Shown here in pieces: positions 24,031 to 38,239 of a stretch of 64,000 bases of DNA (positions within the stretch are counted from its first letter, which is position 1; every line of letters begins with the position of its first letter). A program made the translations under genes and the position numbers. This stretch comes from the human T2T-CHM13v2.0 reference genome, Homo sapiens. Below the pieces are notes generated by a model. It had not been told where the DNA came from. It was given only the letters and a program-made list of their open reading frames with translations, and ran no database searches. The DNA lies in the NCBI RefSeq assembly GCF_009914755.1, contig NC_060948.1; one strand, given 5' to 3'.

Positions 24031-27000
24031 TGGACTAGAGTGAAATGGAATCGAACCACAAGGAATGGACAGGAATAGAATGGTCTCGAATTGAATGGAA
24101 TCGTATGGAATGGCATCAAACGGAATGGAATGGACAGCCACGGAATGGAATGCACTCGAATGCAATGGAGTCGAAACTAATGGACTGGAATAGAATGGAC
24201 TCGACTAGTACGGACTCCAATGGAATGGAATCGAATGGAAGGGAATCGATCGGAATGGACTCGAAGGGAAAAGACTGCAATGGAAAGGTCTCGAATGGAA
24301 TGGAAATTAATGGAATGGAATGGAATCGAATGAAATGGAGTCAAAAGGAATGGAATCGAATGGCAAGAAATCGAATGTAATGGAATCGCAAGGAATTGAT
24401 GTGAACGGAACGGAATGGAATGGAATCCAAAGGAATGGAATAGAATGGAATGGAATCGAATGGAAAGGACTCGAATGGAAATCACTCGAATAGAATGCAA
24501 TTTAATAAAATAGGATCAAATGTAATGGAATGGAATGGAAAGGAATGGAAACGAAAGGAATGGAGACAGATGGAATGGAATGGAACAGAGAGCAATGGTA
24601 TAGAATGGAATGGAATCATCTGGAATGGAATTGAATGGAATGGAATAATATGAAATGGAATGGAATGGAATGGAATGGAATGCCCTTGAATTAAATGGAC
24701 TGGAATGGAATGGACTCGAACAGAGTGGAATGGAAAGTGTTGAGATAGAATGGAATGGACTCCTTTGGAATGGTGTAGTATGCAGTGCAATCGACTGGCA
24801 GGGAATCAAAAGGAATGTAATGGAATGGATTGGACTGGAATGCAATGGACTCGAATAGATTGGAAACGGAATGCAAAGGAATGGAATGGAATAGTATGGA
24901 ATGGAATGGAAAGGAATGGAGTGGAATAGACTAGAGTGGAATGGAATGGACTGGAAAGCAATGGACTGGACTGGAACTTTCTTGAATGGACTGGAATCAA
25001 ACGGAATGGAATGCAATGCAATCAAAAGGCATGGAATAAAATAGAATGAAAGAGAATCAAATGGAATTGAATCGAATGGAATCGAATGGATTGGAAAGGA
25101 TTAGAATGGAATGGAATGGAATTGACTCAAATGGAATGGACTAGAATGGAATGGATTCGAATGGAAGGCAAAGGAATGGAATCTATTGGAATGGACTGTA
25201 ATGGAATGGAATGGAAGGGATTGGAATGGACTCGAATGGAATGGACTGCAATAGAAAGGATTCGAATGGAATGAAAAAGAATTGAATGGAATAGAACAGA
25301 ATGGAATCAAATCGAATGAAATGGAATGGAATAGAAAGGAATGGAATGAAATGGAATGGAAAGGATTCGAATGGAATGCAATCGAATGGAATGGAATCGA
25401 ACGGAATGGAATAAAATGGAAGAAAACTGGCAAGAAATGGAATCGAAATGAACGGAGTGTTATGGAACGGACTCAAAAGGAATTGAATGTAATAGAATGG
25501 AGTGGAGTGGACTCGAATATAATGGACTGGAATGGAATGAAATCACATGGAATGGGAACGAATGGAATGGAATGGAAAGGAATGGAATCGAATGGAAAGG
25601 AATCGAATGGAAGGGAATGAAATTGAATCAACAGGAATGGAAGGGAATAGAATAGACGGTAATGGAATGGACTCGAATAGAATGGACACGAATGCTCAAA
25701 TTGAATGGACTCGAATGGAATGGAAACGAAAGGAATGTCATCGAATGGAATTGAATCGATTGGAATGAAATCGCATAGAATGGAGTGGAATCAAATGGAA
25801 TTGAATCGAAAGGAAAGGAAGCGAATGGACTGAAATGAAATGGAATGGAATTGAATGGAAAGTAATGCAATGGAATAGAATGGAACGAAATTTCACGGAA
25901 TGGAATCAAACTGAATGGAATCAAATCAATAGAATCAAATCAAATGGAATGGAAAGGAATTGAATGGAGTAGATTGGATTGGATGGGATTGGAATGAAAT
26001 GTACTGGAAAGGACTCGAATTTCACGAAACGGAATGGAATGAATTGGAACGGAATGGACTCGAATGGAATGGAATGTCATGGAATGGCATCAAATGGAAT
26101 GGCATCAAATGGAATGGAATCGAATGCAATGGAATGCTATGGAATGGAATGGAATGCATTGGAATGGAATGTCCTCTAATGGAATGGATTCGAGTGGAAT
26201 GGAATCGAATATAATGGAGTCGAATGAAATGGAATTGAAAGGAATGGGATCGAATACAATGGAATATACTGGAATGTAATGTAATGAACTCGAATGTAAT
26301 TGACTGGAATGGAATGTACATGAATGGAATGTAATCGAATGGAAAGTAATCCAATGGAATAGAATCTAATGCAATAAAATCGACTCAGATAGAGTAGAAT
26401 GTAATGGAATGGAGTGCAGTGCAATGGAATGGAATGGAATGGAATGCAATGGAATGGAATGGAATGGAATGGAATGGAATGTGATGGGATGGAATGGTAT
26501 GGAATGGATAGTAATGGACTGGAGTGAAATGGACTGGAAAGGAATGGACTCAAATTGAAAGGGCTCGAAAGGAATGGAGTCAAATGGAATGGTCTGGAAT
26601 GGAATGAACACGAATGTAATGCAATCCAATAGAATGGAATCGAATGGCATGGAATATAAAGAAATGGAATCGAAGAGAATGGAAACAAATGGAATGGAAT
26701 TGAATGGAATGGAATTGAATGGAATGGGAACGAATGGAGTGAAATTGTATGCAGTAGAAGGGAATAGAATGGAATGCAAGCGAAAGGAAAGGAATGGATT
26801 GGAATGGAATGGAATTCATTGGAATGGAAGGGAATGTAGTGTAATGGACAGGCCTGGAATAAAGTGGAATGCTACGGTCTCGAATGGAATAAAAATGTAT
26901 GGAATGGAATGCAATGAAACGGAATCGAATGTCATAGAATGTAATGGAATGCAAAAAAATGGAATCCAAAATCATTGACTGGAAAGGCTGGGTGTCGAAA

Positions 27001-27589
27001 GGAATTGACTCCAATGGAATGGAATCGAATGGAATGGAAGTGAATAGAATCGAACTAAATCGAATGGAATGGAATTGATAGGAACGGAATGGAAAGGAAT
27101 GCAATGATTTGGCATGGAATGGAATCGAATGGCATCGAATGGAATGGAATGGAATGCAATGGAATGGAATGTATTAGAATGTAATGAACTTTAATGGAAT
27201 GTACTCGAATGGATTCGACTGGAATGGAATGTTCTGGAAGTGAATGGACTCCAATGGAATGGATTCAAAAGGAATGGAATCGTACGGAATGGAATCTAAT
27301 GGAATGGAATTAAATGGAAATGAATCAAATTGAATAGCACGGAATTGAATTGAATGGAATGGAATGCAATGGAATCTAATGAAACGGAAATGAAAGGAAT
27401 GGAATGGAATGGAATGGGCTGGAATGGAAAGGAATCGAAACGAATGGAATGGAATCGAACTGAAGAGACTGGAATGGAATGCACTGGAATGGAAGGGAGT
27501 GTAATGGAAGGTTCTCGAAAAAAATGGAATCGAATGGAATGGAATTGAATGGAACGGAATAGAGTCGAATGGAATTGAATGGAATGGAA
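24031..27589 (+). repeat. DYZ1 unit 8 (3559 bp)
   Basis: Marker spacing 24045 to 27604. Confidence 0.93.
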
Positions 27590-30500
27590 TGGACTAGAGT
27601 GAAATGGAATCGAACCACAAGGAATGGACAGGAATAGAATGGTCTCGAATTGAATGGAATCGTATGGAATGGCATCAAACGGAATGGAATGGACAGCCAC
27701 GGAATGGAATGCACTCGAATGCAATGGAGTCGAAACTAATGGACTGGAATAGAATGGACTCGACTGGTACGGACTCCAATGGAATGGAATCGAATGGAAG
27801 GGAATCGAACGGAATGGACTCGAAGGGAAAAGACTGCAATGGAAAGGTCTCGAATGGAATGGAAATTAATGGAATGGAATCGAATGAAATGGAGTCAAAA
27901 GGAATGGAATCGAATGGCAAGAAATCGAATGTAATGGAATCGCAAGGAATTGATGTGAACGGAACGGAATGGAATGGAATCCAAAGGAATGGAATCGAAT
28001 GGAAAGGACTCGAATGGAAATCACTCGAATAGAATGCAATTTAATAAAATAGGATCAAATGTAATGGAATGGAATGGAAAGGAATCGAAACGAAAGGAAT
28101 GGAGACAGATGGAATGGAATGGAACAGAGAGCAATGGTATAGAATGGAATGGAATCATCTGGAATGGAATTGAATGGAATGGAATAATATGAAATGGAAT
28201 GGAATGGAATGGAATGGAATGGAATGCCCTTGAATTAAATGGACTGGAATGGAATGGACTCGAACAGAGTGGAATGGAAAGCGTTGAGATAGAATGGAAT
28301 GGACTCCTTTGGAATGGTGTAGTATGCAATGCAATCGACTGGCAGGGAATCAAAAGGAATGTAATCGAATGGATTGGACTGGAATGCAATGGACTCGAAT
28401 AGATTGGAAACGGAATGCAAAGGAATGGAATGGAATAGTATGGAATGGAATGGAAAGGAATGGAGTGGAATAGACTAGAGTGGAATGGAATGGACTGGAA
28501 AGCAATGGACTGGAATGGAACTTTCTTGAATGGACTGGAATCAAACGGAATGGAATGCAATGCAATCAACTGGCATGGAATAAAATAGAATGAAAGAGAA
28601 TCAAATGGAATTGAATCGAATGGAATCGAATGGATTGGAAAGGAATAGAATGGAATGGAATGGAGTTGACTCAAATGGAATGGACTAGAATGGAATGGAT
28701 TCGAATGGAAGTCAAAGGAATGGAATCTATTGGAATGGACTGTAATGGAATGGAATGGAAGGGATTGGAATGGACTCGAATGGAATGGACTGCAATAGAA
28801 AGGATTCGAATGGAATGAAAAAGAATTGAATGGAATAGAACAGAATGGAATCAAATCGAATGAAATGGAATGGAATAGAAAGGAATGGAATGAAATGGAA
28901 TGGAAAGGATTCGAATGGAATGCAATCGAATGGAATGGAATCGAACGGAATGGAATAAAATGGAAAAAAACTGGCAAGAAATGGAATCGAAATGAATGGA
29001 GTGTTATGGAACGGACTCAAAAGGAATTGAATGTAATAGAATGGAGTGGAGTGGACTCGAATATAATGGACTGGAATGGAATGAAATCACATGGAATGGG
29101 AACGAATGGAATGGAATGGAAAGGAATGGAATCGAATGGAAAGGAATCGAATGGAAGGGAATGAAATTGAATCAACAGGAATGGAAGGGAATAGAATAGA
29201 CGGTAATGGAATGGACTCGAATAGAATGGACACGAATGCTCAAATTCAATGGACTCGAATGGAATGGAAACGAAAGGAATGACATCGAATGGAATTGAAT
29301 CGATTGGAATGAAATCACATAGAATGGAGTGGAATCAAATGGAATTGAATCGAAAGGAAAGAAGCGAATGGACTGAAATGAAATGGAATGGAATTGAATG
29401 GAAAGTAATGCAATGGAATAGAATGGAACGAAATTTCACGGAATGGAATCAAACTGAATGGAATCAAATCAATGGAATCAAATCAAATGGAATGGAAAGG
29501 AATTGAATGGAGTAGATTGGATTGGATGGGATTGGAATGAAATGTATTGGAAAGGACTCGAATTTCATGAAACGGAATGGAATGAATTGTAACGGAATGG
29601 ACTCGAATGGAATGGAATGTCATGGAATGGCATCAAATGGAATGGCATCAAATGGAATGGAATCGAATGCAATGGAATGCTATGGAATGGAATGGAATGC
29701 ATTGGAATGGAATGTCCTCTAATGGAATGGATTCGAGTGGAATGGAATCGAATATAATGGAGTCGAATGAAATGGAATTGAAAGGAATGGGATCGAATAG
29801 AATGGAATATACTGGAATGTAATGTAATGAACTCGAATGTAATTGACTGGAATGGAATGTACATGAATGGAATGTAATCGAATGGAAAGTAATCCAATGG
29901 AATAGAATCTAATGCAATAAAATCGACTCAGATAGAGTAGAATGTAATGGAATGGAGTGCAGTGCAATGGAATGGAATGGAATTGAATGCAATGGAATGG
30001 AATGGAGTGGAATGGAATGGAATGGGATGGAATGGTATGGAATGGATAGTAATGGACTGGAGCGAAATGGACTGGAAAGGAATGGACTCAAATTGAAAGG
30101 GCTCGAAAGGAATGGAGTCAAATGGAATGGTCTGGAATGGAATGAACACGAATGTAATGCAATCCAATAGAATGGAATCGAATGGCATGGAATATAAAGA
30201 AATGGAATCGAAGAGAATGGAAACAAATGGAATGGAATTGAATGGAATGGAATTGAATGGAATGGGAACGAATGGAGTGAAATTGTATGCAGTAGAAGAG
30301 AATAGAATGGAATGCAAGCGAAAGGAAAGGAATGGATTGGAATGGAATGGAATTCATTGGAATGGAAGGGAATGTAGTGTAATGGACAGGCCTGGAATAA
30401 AGTGGAATGCTACGGTCTCGAATGGAATAAAAATGTATGGAATGGAATGCAATGAAACGGAATCGAATGTCATAGAATGTAATGGAATGCAAAAAAATGG

Positions 30501-31127
30501 AATCCAAAATCATTGACTGGAAAGGCTGGGTGTCGGAAGGAATTGACTCCAATGGAATGGAATCGAATGGAATGGAAGTGAATAGAATCGAACTAAATCG
30601 AATGGAATGGAATTGATAGCAACGGAATGGAAAGGAATGCAATGATTTGGCATGGAATGGAATCGAATGGCATCGAATGGAATGGAATGGAATGCAATGG
30701 AATGGAATGTATTAGAATGTAATGAACTTTAATGGAATGTACTCGAATGGATTCGACTGGAATGGAATGTTCTGGAAGTGAATGGACTCCAATGGAATGG
30801 ATTCAAAAGGAATGGAATCGTACGGAATGGAATCTAATGGAATGGAATTAAATGGAAATGAATCAAATTGAATAGCACGGAATTGAATTGAATGGAATGG
30901 AATGCAATGGAATCTAATGAAACGGAAAGGAAAGGAATGGAATGGAATGGAATGGGCTGGAATGGAAAGGAATCGAAACGAATGGAATGGAATCGAACTG
31001 AAGAGACTGGAATGGAATGCACTGGAATGGAAGGGAGTGTAATGGAAGGTTCTCGAAAAAAATGGAATCGAATGGAATGGAATTGAATGGAACGGAATAG
31101 AGTCGAATGGAATTGAATGGAATGGAA
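27590..31127 (+). repeat. DYZ1 unit 9 (3538 bp)
   Basis: Marker spacing 27604 to 31142; indels of -10, -15, +5, -1 and -5 versus unit 1 account for the length. Confidence 0.93.
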
Positions 31128-34100
31128 TGGACTAGAGTGAAATGGAATCGAACCACAAGGAATGGACAGGAATAGAATGGTCTCGAATTGAATGGAATCG
31201 TATGGAATGGCATCAAACGGAATGGAATGGACAGCCACGGAATGGAATGCACTCGAATGCAATGGAGTCGAAACTAATGGACTGGAATAGAATGGACTCG
31301 ACTGGTACGGACTCCAATGGAATGGAATCGAATGGAAGGGAATCGAACGGAATGGACTCGAAGGGAAAAGACTGCAATGGAAAGGTCTCGAATGGAATGG
31401 AAATTAATGGAATGGAATCGAATGAAATGGAGTCAAAAGGAATGGAATCGAATGGCAAGAAATCGAATGTAATGGAATCGCAAGGAATTGATGTGAACGG
31501 AACGGAATGGAATGGAATCCAAAGGAATGGAATAGAATGGAATGGAATCGAATGGAAAGGACTCGAATGGAAATCACTCGAATAGAATGCAATTTAATAA
31601 AATAGGATCAAATGTAATGGAATGGAATGGAAAGGAATCGAAACGAAAGGAATGGAGACAGATGGAATGGAATGGAACAGAGAGCAATGGTATAGAATGG
31701 AATGGAATCATCTGGAATGGAATTGAATGGAATGGAATAATATGAAATGGAATGGAATGGAACGGAATGGAATGCCCTTGAATTAAATGGACTGGAATGG
31801 AATGGACTCGAACAGAGTGGAATGGAAAGTGTTGAGATAGAATGGAATGGACTCCTTTGGAATGGTGTAGTATGCAATGCAATCGACTGGCAGGGAATCA
31901 AAAGGAATGTAATGGAATGGATTGGACTGGAATGCAATGGACTCGAATAGATTGGAAACGGAATGCAAAGGAATGGAATGGAATAGTATGGAATGGAATG
32001 GAAAGGAATGGAGTGGAATAGACTAGAGTGGAATGGAATGGACTGGAAAGCAATGGACTGGAATGGAACTTTCTTGAATGGACTGGAATCAAACGGAATG
32101 GAATGCAATGCAATCAAATGGCATGGAATAAAATAGAATGAAAGAGAATCAAATGGAATTGAATCGAATGGAATCGAATGGATTGGAAAGGAATAGAATG
32201 GAATGGAATGGAATTGACTCAAATGGAATGGACTAGAATGGAATGGATTCGAATGGAAGGCAAAGGAATGGAATCTATTGGAATGGACTGTAACGGAATG
32301 GAATGGAAGGGATTGGAATGGACTCGAATGGAATGGACTGCAATAGAAAGGATTCGAATGGAATGAAAAAGAATTGAATGGAATAGAACAGAATGGAATC
32401 AAATCGAATGAAATGGAATGGAATAGAAAGGAATGGAATGAAATGGAATGGAAAGGATTCGAATGGAATGCAATCGAATGGAATGGAATCGAACGGAATG
32501 GAATAAAATGGAAAAAAACTGGCAAGAAATGGAATCGAAATGAATGGAGTGTTATGGAACGGACTCAAAAGGAATTGAATGTAATAGAATGGAGTGGAGT
32601 GGACTCGAATATAATGGACTGGAATGGAATGAAATCACATGGAATGGGAACGAATGGAATGGAATGGAAAGGAATGGAATCGAGTGGAAAGGAATCGAAT
32701 GGAAGGGAATGAAATTGAATCAACAGGAATGGAAGGGAATAGAATAGACGGTAATGGAATGGACTCGAATAGAATGGACACGAATGCTCAAATTCAGTGG
32801 ACTCGAATGGAATGGAAACGAAAGGAATGACATCGAATGGAATTGAATCGATTGGAATGAAATCACATAGAATGGAGTGGAATCAAATGGAATTGAATCG
32901 AAAGGAAAGGAAGCGAATGGACTGAAATGAAATGGAATGGAATTGAATGGAAAGTAATGCAATGGAATAGAATGGAACGAAATTTCACGGAATGGAATCA
33001 AACTGAATGGAATCAAATCAATGGAATCAAATCAAATGGAATGGAAAGGAATTGAATGGAGTAGATTGGATTGGATGGGATTGGAATGAAATGTACTGGA
33101 AAGGACTCGAATTTCATGAAACGGAATGGAATGAATTGGAACGGAATGGACTCGAATGGAATGGAATGTCATGGAATGGCATCAAATGGAATGGCATCAA
33201 ATGGAATGGAATCGAATGCAATGGAAGGCTATGGAATGGAATGGAATGCATTGGAATGGAATGTCCTCTAATGGAATGGATTCGAGTGGAATGGAATCGA
33301 ATATAATGGAGTCGAATGAAATGGAATTGAAAGGAATGGGATCGAATACAATGGAATATACTGGAATGTAATGTAATGAACTCGAATGTAATTGACTGGA
33401 ATGGAATGTACATGAATGGAATGTAATCGAATGGAAAGTAATCCAATGGAACAGAATCTAATGCAATAAAATCGACTCAGATAGAGTAGAATGTAATGGA
33501 ATGGAGTGCAGTGCAATGGAATGGAATGGAATGGAATGCAATGGAATGGAATGGAATGGAATGGAATGGAATGGAATGGAATGGTGTGGAATGGATAGTA
33601 ATGGACTGGAGTGAAATGGACTGGAAAGGAATGGACTCAAATTGAAAGGGCTCGAAAGGAATGGAGTCAAATGGAATGGTCTGGAATGGAATGAACACGA
33701 ATGTAATGCAATCCAATAGAATGGAATCGAATGGCATGGAATATAAAGAAATGGAATCGAAGAGAATGGAAACAAATGGAATGGAATTGAATGGAATGGA
33801 ATTGAATGGAATGGGAACGAATGGAGTGAAATTGTATGCAGTAGAAGGGAATAGAATGGAATGCAAGCGAAAGGAAAGGAATGGATTGGAATGGAATGGA
33901 ATTCATTGGAATGGAAGGGAATGTAGTGTAATGGACAGGCCTGGAATAAAGTGGAATGCTACGGTCTCGAATGGAATAAAAATGTATGGAATGGAATGCA
34001 ATGAAACGGAATCGAATGTCATAGAATGTAATGGAATGCAAAAAAATGGAATCCAAAATCATTGACTGGAAAGGCTGGGTGTCGAAAGGAATTGACTCCA

Positions 34101-34676
34101 ATGGTATGGAATCGAATGGAATGGAAGTGAATAGAATCGAACTAAATCGAATGGAATGGAATTGATAGGAACGGAATGGAAAGGAATGCAATGAATTGGC
34201 ATGGAATGGAATCGAATGGCATCGAATGGAATGGAATGGAATGCAATGGAATGGAATGTATTAGAATGTAATGAACTTTAATGGAATGTACTCGAATGGA
34301 TTCGACTGGAATGGAATGTTCTGGAAGTGAATGGACTCCAATGGAATGGATTCAAAAGGAATGGAATCGTACGGAATGGAATCTAATGGAATGGAATTAA
34401 ATGGAAATGAATCAAATTGAATAGCACGGAATTGAATTGAATGGAATGGAATGCAATGGAATCTAATGAAACGGAAAGGAAAGGAATGGAATGGAATGGA
34501 ATGGGCTGGAATGGAAAGGAATCGAAACGAATGGAATGGAATCGAACTGAAGAGACTGGAATGGAATGCACTGGAATGGAAGGGAGTGTAATGGAAGGTT
34601 CTCGAAAAAAATGGAATGGAATGGAATGGAATTGAATGGAACGGAATAGAGTCGAATGGAATTGAATGGAATGGAA
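31128..34676 (+). repeat. DYZ1 unit 10 (3549 bp)
   Basis: Marker spacing 31142 to 34691; shares a 10-bp deletion and several variants with unit 9. Confidence 0.93.
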
Positions 34677-37600
34677 TGGACTAGAGTGAAATGGAATCGA
34701 ACCACAAGGAATGGACAGGAATAGAATGGTCTCGAATTGAATGGAATCGTATGGAATGGCATCAAACGGAATGGAATGGACAGCCACGGAATGGAATGCA
34801 CTCGAATGCAATGGAGTCGAAACTAATGGACTGGAATAGAATGGACTCGACTGGTACGGACTCCAATGGAATGGAATCGAATGGAAGGGAATCGAACGGA
34901 ATGGACTCGAAGGGAAAAGACTGCAATGGAAAGGTCTCGAATGGAATGGAAATTAATGGAATGGAATGGAATCGAATGAAATGGAGTCAAAAGGAATGGA
35001 ATCGAATGGCAAGAAATCGAATGTAATGGAATCGCAAGGAATTGATGTGAACGGAACGGAATGGAATGGAATCCAAAGGAATGGAATAGAATGGAATGGA
35101 ATCGAATGGAAAGGACTCGAATGGAAATCACTCGAATAGAATGCAATTTAATAAAATAGGATCAAATGTAATGGAATGGAATGGAAAGGAATCGAAACGA
35201 AAGGAATGGAGACAGATGGAATGGAATGGAACAGAGAGCAATGGTATAGAATGGAATGGAATCATCTGGAATGGAATTGAATGGAATGGAATAATATGAA
35301 ATGGAATGGAATGGAATGGAATGGAATGCCCTTGAATTAAATGGACTGGAATGGAATGGACTCGAACAGAGTGGAATGGAAAGTGTTGAGATAGAATGCA
35401 ATGGACTCCTTCGGAATGGTCTAGTATGCAATGCAATCGACTGGCAGGGAATCAAAAGGAATGTAATCGAATGGATTGGACTGGAATGCAGTGGACTCGA
35501 ATAGATTGGAAACGGAATGCAAAGGAATGGAATGGAATAGTATGGAATGGAATGGAAAGGAATGGAGTGGAATAGACTAGAGTGGAATGGAATGGACTGG
35601 AAAGCAATGGACTGGAATGGAACTTTCTTGAATGGACTGGAATCAAACGGAATGGAATGCAATGCAATCAAATGGCATGGAATAAAATAGAATGAAAGAG
35701 AATCAAATGGAATTGAATCGAATGGAATCGAATGGATTGGAAAGGAATAGAATGGAATGGAATGGAATTGACTCAAATGGAATGGACTAGAATGGAATGG
35801 ATTCGAATGGAAGGCAAAGGAATGGAATCTATTGGAATGGACTGTAATGGAATGGAATGGAAGGGATTGGAATGGACTCGAATGGAATGGACTGCAATAG
35901 AAAGGATTCGAATGGAATGAAAAAGAATTGAATGGAATAGAACAGAATGGAATCAAATCGAATGAAATGGAATGGAATAGAAAGGAATGGAATGAAATGG
36001 AATGGAAAGGATTCGAATGGAATGCAATCGAATGGAATGGAATCGAACGGAATGGAATAAAATGGAAGAAAACTGGCAAGAAATGGAATCGAAATGAATG
36101 GAGTGTTATGGAACGGACTCAAAAGGAATTGAATGTAATAGAATGGAGTGGAGTGGACTCGAATATAATGGACTGGAATGGAATGAAATCACATGGAATG
36201 GGAACGAATGGAATGGAATGGAAAGGAATGGAATCGAATGGAAAGGAATCGAATGGAAGGGAATGAAATTGAATCAACAGGAATGGAAGGGAATAGAATA
36301 GACGGTAATGGAATGGACTCGAATAGAATGGACACGAATGCTCAAATTGAATGTACTCCAATGGAATGGAAACGAAAGGAATGTCATCGAATAGAATTGA
36401 ATCGACTGGAATGAAATCGCAAGAATGGAGTGGAATCAAATGGAATTGAATCGAAAGGAAAGGAAGCGAATGGACTGAAATGAAATGGAATGGAATTGAA
36501 TGGAAAGTAATGCAATGGAATAGAATGGAACGAAATTTCACGGAATGGAATCAAACTGAAAGGAATCAAATCAATGGAATCTAATCAAATGGAATGGAAA
36601 GGAATTGAATGGAGTAGATTGGATTGGATGGGATTGGAGTGAAATGTACTGGAAAGGACTCGAATTTCATGAAACGGAATGGAATGAATTGGAACGGAAT
36701 GGACTCGAATGGAATGGAATGTCATGGAATGGCATCAAATGGAATGGCATCAAATGGAATGGAATCGAATGCAATGGAATGCTATGGAATGGAATGGAAT
36801 GCATTGGAATGGAATGTCCTCTAATGGAATGGATTCGAGTGGAATGGAATCGAATATAATGGAGTCGAATGAAATGGAATTGAAAGGAATGGGATCGAAT
36901 ACAATGGAATATGCTGGAATGTAATGTAATGAACTCGAATGTAATTGACTGGAATGGAATGTACATGAATGGAATGTAATCGAATGGAAAGTAATCCAAT
37001 GGAATAGAATCTAATGCAATAAAATCGACTCAGATAGAGTAGAATGTAATGGAATGGAGTGCAGTACAATGGAATGGAATGGAATGCAATGGAATGGAAT
37101 GGAATGGAATGGAATGGAATGGAATGGGATGGAATAGGATGGAATGGTATGGAATGGATAGTAATGGACTGGAGTGAAATGGACTGGAAAGGAATGGACT
37201 CAAATTGAAAGGGCTCGAAAGGAATGGAGTCAAATGGAATGGTCTGGAATGGAATGAACACGAATGTAATGCAATCCAATAGAATGGAATCGAATGGCAT
37301 GGAATATAAAGAAATGGAATCGAAGAGAATGGAAACAAATGGAATGGAATTGAATGGAATGGAATTGAATGGAATGGGAACGAATGGAGTGAAATTGTAT
37401 GCAGTAGAAGGGAATAGAATGGAATGCAAGCGAAAGGAAAGGAATGGATTGGAATGGAATGGAATTCATTGGAATGGAAGGGAATGTAGTGTAATGGACA
37501 GGCCTGGAATAAAGTGGAATGCTACGGTCTCGAATGGAATAAAAATATATGGAATGGAATGCAACGAAACGGAATCGAATGTCATAGAATGTAATGGAGT

Positions 37601-38239
37601 GCAAAAAAATGGAATCCAAAATCATTGACTGGAAAGGCTGGGTGTCGAAAGGAATTGACTCCAATGGAATGGAATCGAATGGAATGGAAGTGAATAGAAT
37701 CGAACTAAATCGAATGGAATGGAATTGATAGGAACGGAATGGAAAGGAATGCAATGAATTGGCATGGAATGGAATCGAATGGCATCGAATGGAATGGAAT
37801 GGAATGGAATGGAATGGAATGTATTAGAATGTAATGAACTTTAATGGAATGTACTCGAATGGATTCGACTGGAATGGAATGTTCTGGAAGTGAATGGACT
37901 CCAATGGAATGGATTCAAAAGGAATGGAATCGTACGGAATGGAATCTAATGGAATGGAATTAAATGGAAATGAATCAAATTGAATAGCACGGAATTGAAT
38001 TGAATGGAATGGAATGCAATGGAATCTAATGAAACGGAAAGGAAAGGAATGGAATGGAATGGAATGGGCTGGAATGGAAAGGAATCGAAACGAATGGAAT
38101 GGAATCGAACTGAAGAGACTGGAATGGAATGCACTGGAATGGAAGGGAGTGTAATGGAAGGTTCTCGAAAAAAATGGAATGGAATGGAATGGAATTGAAT
38201 GGAACGGAATAGAGTCGAATGGAATTGAATGGAATGGAA
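34677..38239 (+). repeat. DYZ1 unit 11 (3563 bp; B-type central patch)
   Basis: Marker spacing 34691 to 38254. Confidence 0.93.
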
